From assembly GCA_009602735.1 (NCBI GenBank), contig WELA01002943.1, positions 60,447-116,922 of the forward strand: a DNA stretch of 56,476 nt, read 5' to 3'. The position numbers and the translations under genes were made by a program. This document shows positions 10,221 to 22,700 of the stretch, piece by piece. Under the pieces are notes generated by a model. The model worked only from the letters and a program-made list of their open reading frames with translations. It did no database searches and was not told where the DNA came from. Numbering within the stretch: position 1 is the stretch's first letter; the number at the start of each line of letters is the position of its first letter. This DNA is from Mesotaenium endlicherianum (taxonomy: Eukaryota).

Positions 10221-13200
10221 AGGACGCCGGCTGCTGGCAGCAGCGAGCGGGCTTCGAGGAGAGCGTCCCGCAAAAGAGAGCGGGAGAAAGAAAGCGGGGC
10301 GCCAGCTGTCGTCGGCACAGCGAGCGCCGTCGCGCCTAGCATGGCACGCTCCGCTCAAGTGGTGTGCCGCCCGGCGTCAGCTGGGCCTGCCGCCCGGGGC
10401 ACTCCGGTTTGTACTCTTGTACGAGGTTGCAGGAAGGGGAGATAGGGGGGAGGGGAGAGGTTGGGATGAGCGGGGCATTGCGGAGGGGAGGGAAGGGAGA
10501 ATGGAGGCGCACCGTGTGAGAAAGAGTACATGCGTGTGGTGGTCATAACAAAGTTGATATCTAAACTTTGAGTTGAGGGAGTGAGGTCCCAGCAGGGAGG
10601 GGAGGAGAGAAGAGGAGGGGGGAGAGGAGGTGGAGGAGGAGGAGGAGGAGGAAGAGGAGGAAAGAGGCCGCAAAGGCAGCAGAGGCAGAGAAAGAGGAGG
10701 ACAAGGCAGAAGGTAGTAGGAAGCAGAGGAGGAGGCGGAGGAATGAAGAGGACGAGGAAGAGGCAAGGCATGCCGCGAGGAGGCAGAGAGGAGGGGGAGG
10801 GGAGAAGAGGAGAAGGGCAGGCTGCCCTGCTCCTCACAATCTTCCCGCCCTCCTCTGCAGTCCTTTCGTGTGTTCTATCTTCGTACAAGAAGGGAAGGGG
10901 AGGAGGGGGAAATCATGTGTGTGTTCGTGTGTGTGTGTGAAGTGGGGTGAGGTGGGGGAGCAGGGGGTGGGNTGTCCTCTGTGAACTCTACCTGCAGAGG
11001 GAAGAGGAGAGGAGACGAGAGGAGGAACGGACGAAGGAACATACTAATGCGTGAGCTCAAAGCTGGCGAGGAGATCGGCGGCAGGGCTCCGCCAGAAACG
11101 GAGCACAAGGGGCCTCTAGGGGCCTCCTTGCCTGCAACTGTTTCCGCCCACGCATGTTCTGTCTAACCCCTGCTTTTTTTTTCCTCTTATTTTTTTTTTG
11201 AGTGATTTTTTTTGTTTTATTTGTCCATCCTTTTCATTTCATCTCATCTCGCCGCATCTCGTCTTCCTCTCCACTTTTGTCTCCTTCCGTTCACCTCACT
11301 TGATCTCACTTCAATTCATTTCAACTCACCCCAACTCACGGCGACTCATTTCAACTCATTTCAACTCTATTAACTGATTTTCTGGTTCTCTCTTTCTCTA
11401 TGTACTTGCAATGTACTTTCTGCATCATCAACCAAGGCCCAGCTTCAGATTCACGCACATTGCTGCCGCCCGAAGGGGTGCCGAAGACGGCCACCGACGA
11501 GGCAAACACCACCACGGGCACGTGCCCGACGGCGCGACACCGGTCCAGAAGCGCCCTCGTCCCGTCCAGATTGACCTGCGCAGAGCAGCCATGGCTGCTG
11601 CCCTGTCAGGTGTCGGTTGGAGGAGGTGACACTTGGCAAGGCAAAGAAACAGGCGCCGGAGCCATAGCAGGAGCAGGGGCAGATACAAGGGCAGGGGCAG
11701 GGGCAGGGGCAGGGGCCCGGGCCCGAGCAAGGGCACAAGCAGAGGCACAGGCAGAGGGGCAGGTGAAGGTTTTGAAAGGGCGGAACTTTTCAGGCTTCTT
11801 TTCAGGCTCCTTATGCTTCAGTTGTTTGTTTCTGCCTGCAATCTGCAGAGGTTGTCAGAGTTGCGTAAGTGCGGCTGGTCCTGCAGCCCGGCGTGAGCCG
11901 CAGCCCCGAACGCCAAAGAAGAGCACGAGCACGCCGACTCGACTCTGCGACCTTAGATCCTTCTGGATTTCGTCGTAGAGCACCGCATAATAGGCAGGCT
12001 ACCCTTCAAGCACAGGGCATCAGAGTCAGGTGTGCAAGTGTTTTGCGCGTGCGTGCGTGCGTGTGTGCAGCCGGTCGCGTGTGCCATGCGCGCTTGCTTT
12101 TCAGGTCTCTGCCAGGGACAGCTGGCACGCCGACGCCGGCACAACGCCACTGACATCCCACACAAACAGCAGCAGCAGCAATCCTGGGAAGTGACCACCT
12201 TACCTCCCAACCACTCGCCCCCCCCNAGGGGGTGCGAGCCAGATCCTTGGTACTGCGGGTGGTGTGGGCGCGGGTGCGGGCGTGGGTGTGGGTGGCGGCC
12301 TGTCCTTAATCAATGGCACGGGGGGGGTGTCGTCGCCGGTGGCCAAGGACTGGCGGCCAGCTGGCATGACGTGCGTGGACGGATACACGAAGATGTCGGT
12401 GCTGAAGCAGGAGCACGACATCGAGGGCGGCAACATCCGGGTGATGAAGCGGTCCCTCGCTTTGCCCCCCCGCTCGGCTCCTTCTTGCCGCTAGTATTTT
12501 CTCTCAGAGACACATCTCCCTCCTCCTCTTTCTCCTCCTCTTCCTTTTCCTCCTTTCCCCCCTCCCCCCGCGGCCCCCCCTCCCAATCTTCCGCTACAGG
12601 AGGTCTTTATTCAAAAAGTTCCTTGAAACCCCAGTTCTCATCAGATGCATGGTGGCACGGTCAAGACACCCCGCATGAAAAGCGTCTTCAAAACCGCCGC
12701 TAGGCTGCCGCATTCTCGACAAGCCCGGCTCTCTTCAACGCCCCGAGCTCACTAAACCCCAGACCCCGGAGGCTTCACATCGCAACCCTAGCCCAGAAAC
12801 CCTACTCAAAACCCTATCCCAAACCCCTAGCCTCAAAACCCCGCCGCGAATCCTGGCAGCCCCTTGCGCGGCCTTCCCTTGCATGGAGGCCGCTACTGTT
12901 TAATCTGCACGTTGCCCACAAGCAAGAGCAAGCCAAAATCAACAGCCATGTGACGCAGCAAATGCTCAACGATCATTCTCTGCACCCCCCCCTACGTAAA
13001 ACCCTAACTTGGAGTTCCGACGGAGGGTGCACCATCCTAAACCTGAACCCCAAAACCCTTCGCTCTGCTCTGTACGTAATGTCTGGACCTCTTACACCTC
13101 TGATGTCATGAGATGATGCATGCTTGCCGCCACAGGGTGGGGTCTGTCCAGCTGGCAGACGTCAGCAGCTGTGCATCGCCCGCGGCCGCAGCACAAGTGG

Positions 13201-13344
13201 GGTTGGCAAGAGAGAGAGAGAGAAAGAGGGGGCGAGGCCGAAAGGGAGGTAAGCGACGCCGAACGAGATGATCGTGTACATTTATATACACAAATATATG
13301 TATATATATGTATGTACTTATATATGTGTGTATATATACATATC

Positions 13345-13376
<32 letters not shown>

Positions 13377-14206
13377 ACACGATACTATTGGTCCGCAATG
13401 ACACGACATAGCACAAGTGAGACGGCATAACGATGCATGCTACTCATGGGCTATGGCTTAATAAATTTGACATTACTATAAATGATAGGTTACGGCTGCA
13501 ACAGTATGACCCATAAGGCGGCGGCGCCACACGGGCAACGGCGCCACACGGGCGGCGGCAGCCGAGAATAACGTAAACCCACTCAGAGCAGCAGCAAGCT
13601 TGCCAGATGGCTTCTGCTGCTGCTTCGCCAAGAGCGTTCACCACCGCAGCTGGCAAACTGCAGCTCTTCCAGGTGTCCGGCATCGCATGCCGCAACGCAG
13701 AGACGTCATGAGCCAGGTGTCAGGTATGCCAGGTGGCAGGCGTCAGAAAAGGTCGTGGCAAGGGGCTGGGGTGGGCTGGGAGCAAGGGGGGGGTAGGGTG
13801 CCGAAAGGTCCCCACCCGCATGCCCAGGTCATAGTTGTCCTCTGCAGCCCCGCTTAGCACTGCTGCCAGGTGGAAGATGCTGGAAAGGGGAAATGATTGG
13901 GGGGGAGGAAGGGAGCAGACACAGAAGGGGGGAACGAGCAAGAGCCACAAAACAACGGAAGGTCGGGGGGAAGCACGTCAGTTGGCAATGGCTAGATATA
14001 TGCATAGGTTTATGCATATGTTCATACATGTCTATATAATATCATGTAATATATATGTATACGTAGTACATAAGTGCAGAAAAACTTATATGGACTATCA
14101 AATTGCATGTACGTATGCGCATACCCTGTCCCTGCCGTACTGTTTGTGCTCATATTCTAGGAAATTAACGTGGCTTATCACATGGGAGACAGTGCGCGCG
14201 CGCACA

Positions 14207-14243
<37 letters not shown>

Positions 14244-15352
14244 GCCCACCCAGTCAGTTGAAGCATACCTACAGGCATTGGCAGGCGCACACCCATGACC
14301 CTCTCGCATGCAAGCAGAAGGGAAAGACACCCTCCAACTCCCCTTCCCTTTCCTTCCGCCGTATGCTCCAATCTGCAGCAGCTTCAGCACTCAAACAGAC
14401 GGCCACAGGCCACACTAGCAGCTCATCGCTGGCTGCCTACCCTGCCAGCTGGCAGGCAGCCAGCTGGCGCGGCTGGGCTTGGCTTACCAGGTGACATCCT
14501 CAGTCACCACCTGCTCCAGAAGAGCCGCGTCGGTGATGTCCCCCGCCACCTGTCATCGCCCCGCACAGCCAGCCAGCTGGCCGGTAAGGTCCCACACACA
14601 CACAGAACACAGGCTTCTCGGTGGTCCCCATGGATGTGTTCGAAGCCTCGAGTGCTCCTTAGTCCAAGTCTTCTCTCTGCTCTCTGTGAGCCCTCTCGTG
14701 CTCGGAGTTCTGCACTAACATTTTCTTTGTTTTTTTTTGCTTTTTTTTTCGTTTTTCTGTTTCAATTGTCTTTTAATGTGTTTTCCTTGTGCCCCTTCTC
14801 GTTCTTTCACGTGCTTGTACGTGCATAAAGCCAACTGCCCAATGCCCGATGCCCACTCCCCAGTCTATCTTGTTGATGGATTAAGGTACGAGTCATAAGA
14901 AGGACGACCTTGGGCAAATTTTTCTGCTTCCCTGGCTCTGTCTTAAGTCTGCTGGTGTGTGTGCGTGTGGTGTGGGGATAGGGTATATCAGTCCTGCGTG
15001 ACAGTGTCGTGCAGCGGGAGATTCCTTCTACTAATGTAGGGCAGTCCCCCCGTCAAGTTAGTAATTGTGGAGCAGAGCAAAGGGTCTCCAGCGGCGTTCT
15101 TTCACAATTGTAAGAAGAGCTTAGAAGGTGTGTCCCGTCGGAAGTGCTTACATAAGAGACGCCAGGTAGCTGCTTGGATTCTTCTGGCACAGAGATGTCC
15201 AGGAGAATTAGTTTGCTCCAGCTCTCAATTGTGCTATTCTTATCTTTCGCACTCTGACCACCTAGTTTCGAATCTGAAGGTTTACGCCTCAGCAACTCTT
15301 GGGCTAAGCGCTGTGCTAAGAAACCGCAGCCACCGGTTATCAAGACGGCCAT
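5403..15352 (-). CDS. NAD-dependent epimerase/dehydratase (extended SDR), D-erythronate dehydrogenase DenD-like, at least 10 exons
   Basis: Exons: 15352-15152 (MAVLITGGCGFLAQRLA), 14549-14488 (VAGDITD), 13879-13816 (IFHLAAVLSGAAEDNYDLGMR), 11575-11459 (VNLDGTRALL..VVFASSVAVFG), 10991-10973 (VEFTED, cut by N), 9946 or 9941-9844 (QKAMCELL..RGFVDGRCVRLPTVVVRPG), 8612-8507 (KPNSAASSFCSSIIREPL), 7897-7802 (SPR..LPGLT), 6967-6911, 6128-6028 (SWPG..RALSLGFRADS), 5469-5403 (stop). Visible junctions are GT-AG and phase-compatible, and motif order is collinear with bacterial DenD as I recall it. Confidence 0.88.
7190..7385. repeat. (CA/CGCA/TGCA)n compound microsatellite in an intron
   Basis: Near-continuous purine-pyrimidine alternation (cacgcatgcacgcacacg...). 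Similar tracts fill many introns in the window. Confidence 0.9.
9700..9815. repeat. Degenerate interstitial telomere-like (CCCTAA)n tract
   Basis: aaccctaaccctag...ccctaaccctaactgtaactctaatcctgaccctaaccttgaccctaaccctaaccct. Similar tracts lie at about 9350-9450, 12780-12840, 37190-37255, 49463-49510 and 52420-52660. Confidence 0.75.
10020..10218. repeat. (GA)n microsatellite spanning an assembly gap
   Basis: Perfect GA repeats on both sides of the N run at 10096-10179. Confidence 0.95.
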
Positions 15353-16115
15353 GGTCGTGATCGTCACCACGCGGCTTTTATGTATCAATATGTATCAAGA
15401 CTATACGCGCATCTGTCCAACATGTACAAATGCAGGCCCGCAAGTTGAATGAAGCTTCATAACCTTGCTCGGGTCATGCGAAGCTTAAGAGTAGCTACTT
15501 AGAATCTTTGACCGAAGAAAATGCAGCGAAGTAACCTGTCCACTCAAGACGAACGGGCCACACATCCAAATGCTGAGCGAGGACGTGCTGACCAAATGTT
15601 TGATCCTCTCGGTTTCACTCAGCAATATCACCTCGGAAGGCCTCGAAGATCAAGCCCCATCACCTCACAAGCTAGGAAAATGTATATCGTTGAAAGTCCA
15701 GCTGCTTGGCTTTCACTGCATGCTGAAGTCATCGGTCTCGTGCACCTTCAATGCATCTGAGCATTAATTGGCTTACGCATTGCATGTGATGGTTCATCTC
15801 AATTTTGTTATAATTTCCCTAAGCTTATTTCCACAGAGTAGAGGTGTGTGGAGTCTACATGATGCAATCCCCTGTGTAGTACGTCACCCCTCGACACCCC
15901 TCGATGCCCCTCGATAGGGCTATGCTCTTTCCTACACGCTTCTACACGCTCCGAGAGTCCAGCACTTTCCTCCCAGGCCCTCTATGCTTCGGGGCCCACT
16001 TCGGGCAGCGCTATTCTTCCAACCGCCTTAAACCTGCCTTAAACGTGCAAAAAATCTCAAATGATTCCACGGGGATGTCAACATGACTCAACTTGACTGG
16101 ATGCTTGCTGGATGT

Positions 16116-16172
16116 GTCGAGTGCGGTCGAGTGCAGTCGAGTCAAGTCGAGTGCCAGTCGAGTGCAGTCGAG
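16116..16172. repeat. GTCGAG x6 with a 10-11 bp period in the divergent intergenic region
   Basis: GTCGAG starts at 16116, 16126, 16136, 16146, 16157 and 16167. Confidence 0.85.
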
Positions 16173-16741
16173 ACGGCATGGTCCAGCATGGTCCCTGCAA
16201 AGTCTCAACCAGTCTCAATTGGTCTTTCTTCGGAGTGGTCCAGAGTGGTCCAGTCACCAGTGTTTGCTAGAATGTAAACGTGTCGTGGGCTGTCGCGTGA
16301 CAGTCGCAGAAGGATCGTTTTGCGAGAGCGTCAATGGCGGTCAATGCATATGATTCATGGATATCGTCGTGGGTCTCGTCCCCTGCTCGTCCCCATCATT
16401 TTGGGGCAATTTGGGCGAGACGGAAGATTCAGGAGCCCCCCCTTGCGTAGCTTCTCCCTCAGCCCTCGTGTAGCCTGCACCTTTGCTGCGAGTGCAGTCA
16501 AGGCTCAGTACAGTGCGTGAGAGCACTGCTGCATGTCTGCTCAAGTCGGGGCAATCTTTTGAATCAGCTGCTTGAAGGTTCTTGAGGCCTTCACGTTTGT
16601 AAGTGCAGTCGGAGATTCGGGTCTGCATAAGATTGCGGTGGAAATTGCAGTGAGCTGTGGTGTGGCTTTGAAGAGGTTGAACGTCAAAAGATAGACACAC
16701 GTTTCCTCACCTTCGTGTGGCTGTGGTATAGCTCTTTAGCC

Positions 16742-19700
16742 ATGTCAGACGCCCTCGTCAATGGGCTGGCTGGGGCGTGTGGTGGCATCATTGCAACAAT
16801 ATGTACATACCCCCTGCAAGCTGTAAGTTGCGGTTCTTGATCTTTCCCCTGCTGGTTCACATGTCTGATCATTTTTGGTCGCAATCCTTTGGATGACTAT
16901 CATTTTTAAGTCATTGTTATATGGCATCTCTTGATCTATTGCAATTACTGCAAGGATGTTGGATTACTGCCTGGCAGTGACTGGCTGCTCTTTGAAACAA
17001 CTTTGAAGGCTGTATAAACAATGGATTTGTTGTTCCTTCGACAGGTGAATACCAGGCAGCAGACTGAACGAAAGTTGAAGGATAGTCATCCTAGAGAAAA
17101 CCAACCTTTGATCGTAGCAGGGAGGAAAAAATCGTTATCAAGCTCACAAGAAATTTGGGAGGTACGTTACTATTATATTCGCCCGCCATACGTTCTTTGT
17201 CACAAGCCACACGATCAGTGACCACTGCAAGTATGGCCGTTCCTGCGACATATGATACTGAAATTTGGGACAAGCGATGCAGACGGTGTGCAACCCTGGC
17301 ATTGGTAGTATTTCTCTTCTTTTTTATGAGCTTTCACTTCCTTTACATCTTCTTAGTCCGCCCACCATTCAGTGCCATACTTTTCTGGCCACAACGCCAT
17401 GGTTTGCGTACAATATTTGCTCCAATATTACCATGTGTCTCTATCTGTGGACAAATCAAACACAAGAGTCTTTTGCAGTCAAAGAAATATTTTTGCAAGT
17501 CTGTGTTTCTGAAGTCCTTGTTGGACCAAGTCATTCATGCTTTGACTGATGTAGACAATACAGGGGTAGAGTATGGGGTAGAGTCTAGTGGAAGGAGGAG
17601 TAGCAGAAGCAGACCTTTCTAGTGCAGTCTGGGCAAACTCTTGTGTGATCCTTGTTACGTCGAAGAAGCTTACTCAGGACTGCAAGATGTGCATGTATGC
17701 ATGAGCAAATTAAACGTACTCAGGCCAACTCACCCTCATGCACTTTCTTTGTCACTCCACAACACACACGCACACACACACGCACACACACACACACACA
17801 CACACAGCGTGCATCACTACATGGGCTGAGTACAATGCACATGGTTGTTAGTTATAACGCTAGTCTTACTTCATGCCATGTTGTCTGGGGGATCCGCTTC
17901 TCATTCATGAAACTTATGCATGAGCAGACATGAAAGCCAATTGCAGCAGGGGGTCACGGGGAAGCCTTTGATGGTCTATGGGTTGCCTCACAAAGCTGCT
18001 GGGGAGTCTGCAGGATGTGCTCATTGGTGTAGTCTCCTGCTGGCCCCATTCTCTTCAGTCCTGGTCCTGTGTTGTTAGCTCCTGGTGCAGCTGACCTCGG
18101 CTGCGCATACTAATCAGGACGCTTCTCTTACGTGAAGTCGCTAAAGAGCCGGAACGGTCGTTTTGTCTTGTGACAGGTGTTTCAAAAGGAAGGGCTGGGA
18201 GGAATCTATCGGGGCTTGCCGCCCTCGCTGGTGGGGACGGCCATCTCTCAGGTGCTTACCTGGCACGTGCCGAGGAGGCCAGGTGTCTTGAGGCTAGCTG
18301 GGCATCGAACTCAACTCTTGCCTGGAGGAAATGCCGGTTTATTCTTCACTTGCTTATTCCCGAAAGGAGCTTGTCTTTCCGCTGTCCTAACCCCGACGAT
18401 TGTTGCTCCTGTTCCTTGTTAGGGGAGCAAAACTATTGCCCCTCGCTGCTGAGCTGACCATTGCATCCAATGCCCCCTCTGGCTGCCACCTACCTGCTGA
18501 AGGCTGCACAAGATGTTCATGTCCCGGATGGACATCTCCTCCCCCACTGCTGGTCTCCCCTGGGGGTCATGGCTGACTTGCACGTTGGTGCCTTTTATCG
18601 CGTGTCTGTGTTTGTTTCCTCCTTCCGCCGTGCCGCGCCGTGCCATGCGCCATCTGCCAGGGCGTGTACTACTACTTCTACCAGGTGTTTCGCAACAGAG
18701 CCCAGGTGTTTGCTCTGAGGCGCAAGGCCCTGGGGCTGGGCAATGGCTCCGTGGGCATGTTCTCCTCTCTCGTTATTGCCGCCCTTGCTGGGTATTCTAT
18801 ATTAACCCCCCCCCCCCCCCCCCNNNNNNNNNNNNNNNNNNNNNNNNNNNNNNNNNNNNNNNNNNNNNNNNNNNNNNNNNNNNNNNNNNNNNNNNNNNNN
18901 NNNNNNNNNNNNNNNNNNNNNNNNNNNNNNNNNNNNNNNNNNNNNNNNNNNNNNNNNNNNNNNNNNNNNNNNNNNNNNNNNNNNNNNNNNNNNNNNNNNN
19001 NNNNNNNNNNNNNNCCCCCCCCCCCCCCCCCTTTTTTCAAGCCCCACTTTTAAGGCCTGTGCTCTCAGATGGAAGAGCTAGCTGGAATGCTGCCCTGATT
19101 CAGATGGGAAATTGTGGGGAGGTAAAATAATGACTTTGGAGTACATGTCCCATTCACAGTCAGGCCATCCGCACGGGGTGCCAAGGCAAAGCCTCTGGGT
19201 CCCGCAGGGGCATGGACAGCTTGTTGCTTGCGGTCTTGAAGCTAGGCGGATGCCTCCTCCTGCATCCGGCAAGCTTGCTCACGCTCCACGAAGTTGGTCA
19301 CGAATGCTCCTGCTAGGGCTCTTACAAGGGCCTCTGCTCCTACTGGGGAACCTCACAGGCTGCTGCTCCTGCTAGGGCTCCTACCAGGGCTCCTGCTCCT
19401 GCTGTGGCTCATGCCATGGCTCCTGCTCTTGCTAGGGCTTTATTGAGGCTCCTACTCGGGCTCCTCCTCCTCCAGCTAAGGCCCGTGCTCTTCTGTGATT
19501 GGTAGTATCATCATGATTGCACCACGAGAGGTAGCTCCCAATGGCACCCTCGTCTCGAGATAGAAGGGCTGCCTTTTCCCTCTCCTCCTCCGTCTGAACG
19601 GCACCCTTTCGGTTGCTGTGGTGCTGGCTCACGATGCCTGCCGCTGGATAGTCAGACTCGCGCCCTTTCATGCAAGCTCCCTCCGAAGCGCACTCAGCCT

Positions 19701-22700
19701 GTGGTGCTGCTGCTGCTCATCCTCCTCCCTCCTCCTGCTCCTCCTCCTCCCCCTCTTCCTCCTCCTCCGTCCTCCTGCTCCTCCTCCTTCTCCACCTGGG
19801 GTGGGTGGTGGGGTGCAAGCAGGTGCTGCAACGTCCTCCTCACCAACCCCATCTGGGTCATTGTCACGCGCATGCAGGTATGCCCACTCGCCACCTGCAC
19901 CTCCACCAGCACCAGCACCTGCATTAGCAAAAGTACACACTTCTGAATTCTGAGTATGTCTGGTTCCAGCTCGTTGCCCATGCGAAGCGCTGGGCTTATG
20001 TCATCTTTTAAGGGGGAGAAAAAAGGAGCGGAGAGAGGGCACAAGGAGCAGCAAGGGGGCAGGCGGGGCATCCAGGAGGGTGGAAACAGGGGAGGAGCCG
20101 GGGTGCGGGGGAGAAAGGGGGAAGGGGGGAAGAGGGTAAGAGAGAGGGAAGGAGGGGGAGGATTGAGTTTTAGTTACCTCTTTGTGCTGCTGCTGGGGGT
20201 ATTGTGTCCACTGTCAAATATGTATACATGCACACACCCATCTCTCTATTTCGCAAACACACTTTTTCTATCTCTCTTTCTCTCTCTCACACACACACAC
20301 ACGCACACATACAGAGTATACACACCACGCATGCGTGCGAGCACACGCACGCACACACACTCATGCATACAGACAGAGAGAGAGAGGGACGCACACACTC
20401 ATAGGTATGCACTTGAATGATCTCCGCACTTTTCCGGTACTTGCAGACGCAGTCGCAGCTGAAGAGCATTGCACGCATCAACGTAGCAGCCAGAGGCAAG
20501 CAGCAGCAGCAGCACTCCAGCCGCGCTGCTGCAGCCTCTCTCGGCTTTGATGCCGCCGATGGAAAGGGGAGTCCTGGAGTGCCGCCACATGGCGCCGAGC
20601 AGGAGACTGCGTTGTCTGTCGCCACCCTGCTTGCGCCAGTCGTCGCCTCGCCAGAGGCCGTCGCCAGCAGCATCCTCCGGCCCAAGAGCACAATTGAGAT
20701 GGTACATTCAACCGCTTCCTACACTTGGCTTTCCACACTTGGCATTTTTTTTAACTACACAATTCTACCTTCCCCTTTGCCCCTCAAACCCCCCCCNNNN
20801 NNNNNNNNNNNNNNNNNNNNNNNNNNNNNNNNNNNNNNCCCCCCCCCCCCCGGGTTTCCTCTTCATCCATGCACTCTCTCAATTGCTCTCTCGCTCTCTT
20901 GCTCACGTGCTCTCGTGCTCTCACAGTGTCCTCTCTCTTGCACTCCTGCCTCTGTCCACCTCCTCCCGGCTCTCCTCTTCTCCCCCTCGCCCCCCTCTTC
21001 CCTCAGCCCCTCTCTCCCCTGCAGCTTGACCAGCTGCTGCGTCCCTGCTTTCATCTCTCTCTCGCCTCCAACTCCCGTGCTGAAGCTTCTCCCGCGACTA
21101 GAGGTCTCGTTCTGCAGAGCAACCTGGCCTCGCTGACAGTCACACCCATGCAGCAGGAGCAGGCGAGGAGGGGCCACTATGAGCTGTGAAACTGCGGAGC
21201 ATGCGAAGAACTTATCCTCGTGCAGCACGAGAGAAAGCCAGTGGCAGCTGCTCGGTGGAAGTTGCCCTGCAGCACCCTTCCGTGTTCATCTACCCTGCAG
21301 GCTGTCGCTTGGGCCGGTCGTGTCAGTTTAGGTCAAGCTATGGGTTGGGTCAGTTTAGGTCGCGTCGAGCCATGTTAGGCCGGGCCAGGCAGATTTGAGC
21401 TTAGCCCGCGCTCTGCCTGGCATCGCATGGCACTGTGAGAAAGCAGCGGGCTCGTTGGAGCGGGGCGTATCGGCGGAGCCGATGGGTGGAGCCGATTAGG
21501 GCTACCTCCTCAGTTCCTTGCGCGGAAGCCAGCCGGCCAGTAGGCCGGGTGCTGAGGGTGGTGACGGGAAGCCTTAGTACGGGCAACAGACGAGGAGCAG
21601 GTGGCGGCGCGATCAGGGGTTACCATTTGTCTCCTTAGATCTATACTAAGGTAGCCAGCCAGCCGGCCCGGTAGTGACGGGTGAGGTCGGGTGCTTCAAT
21701 TGGTGTGCAAAAGATGAGGAGCAGGTGGTGGGGCGGCCAGTACTGACAGCCTGGTGTGCGTGGTGTCTGTTCTGGGGCGGGGTGTTCTGCGTGTGGCGTA
21801 TGTTCTTGCCAGGTGGCGGACTTGTACCAGGAAGCTGGCATCCGGGGGTTCTGGAAGGGCGTGGTCCCCACGCTGGTCATGGTGCGTGCACGCCTGGGCC
21901 TGCGCGCAAGCGTGCACTCCTCTTTATCTCTCCAACTCCCTCTCCCTTCCCCTCTCCCTCTCACCCTCTCCTCTTCCTCACCCCTTCACGCTCTTCCTCT
22001 CCCCTTCTCGCTCTCCCTCCCCCTCCCCCTCCCCCTCTCCCTCGCCTCGCCCTCTCCCTCTGCTCCATCGTGCTCCCTTTCATCTGCCGGTTTCTGCTGG
22101 CACGAAGCACGCAGATCCCAGGCGTCTGGTGCCCGGTCGTAGCTGGGCTCTTCTTCTCTTCCCCTCTTTCCTCCTCCTGTAGAGGGCAGGCCTCTCAGCC
22201 CCACTACAGCAGAGGGCACCCCTGCTCACCCACTTCTCCCCTCTCTCAGTGACCAACCTACTGACCGAGTGACTGACAGACTGACAAAGTGACTGCGTGT
22301 GAGCGTGTGTGTGTTGGTGGGGGGGCCCGGGCAAGGGAGGGCAGGCCTGACCAGGAGGTGGCGATAGCGGATTTCAAGACGCGGCTGGCCAACTACGAGA
22401 AGGTGTACGAGCCCGTCAGCGAGGGCTCCTACATCAAGCTCATCGACATGGTCACCTCCTCCGGCGGCACCATGCAGGCGCGCGCTGCCCCCCCCCCCTC
22501 TTTCCCCGCATCCCACCTCGCCCTTGCCCTCGCCCCTCGCACCCAGACAATCCTCCGTGGTGCTTGTGCTCTTAGCTTGATGCTGCTGCTGATGATGATG
22601 ACGATGATGATGAATTTGGTGATCATGGTCTTTTTTGCGGACGAAGGTGACGACATCAGCGTCGGCGATGCTGATGCCGCCTCAGTTGGAGATCACAATC

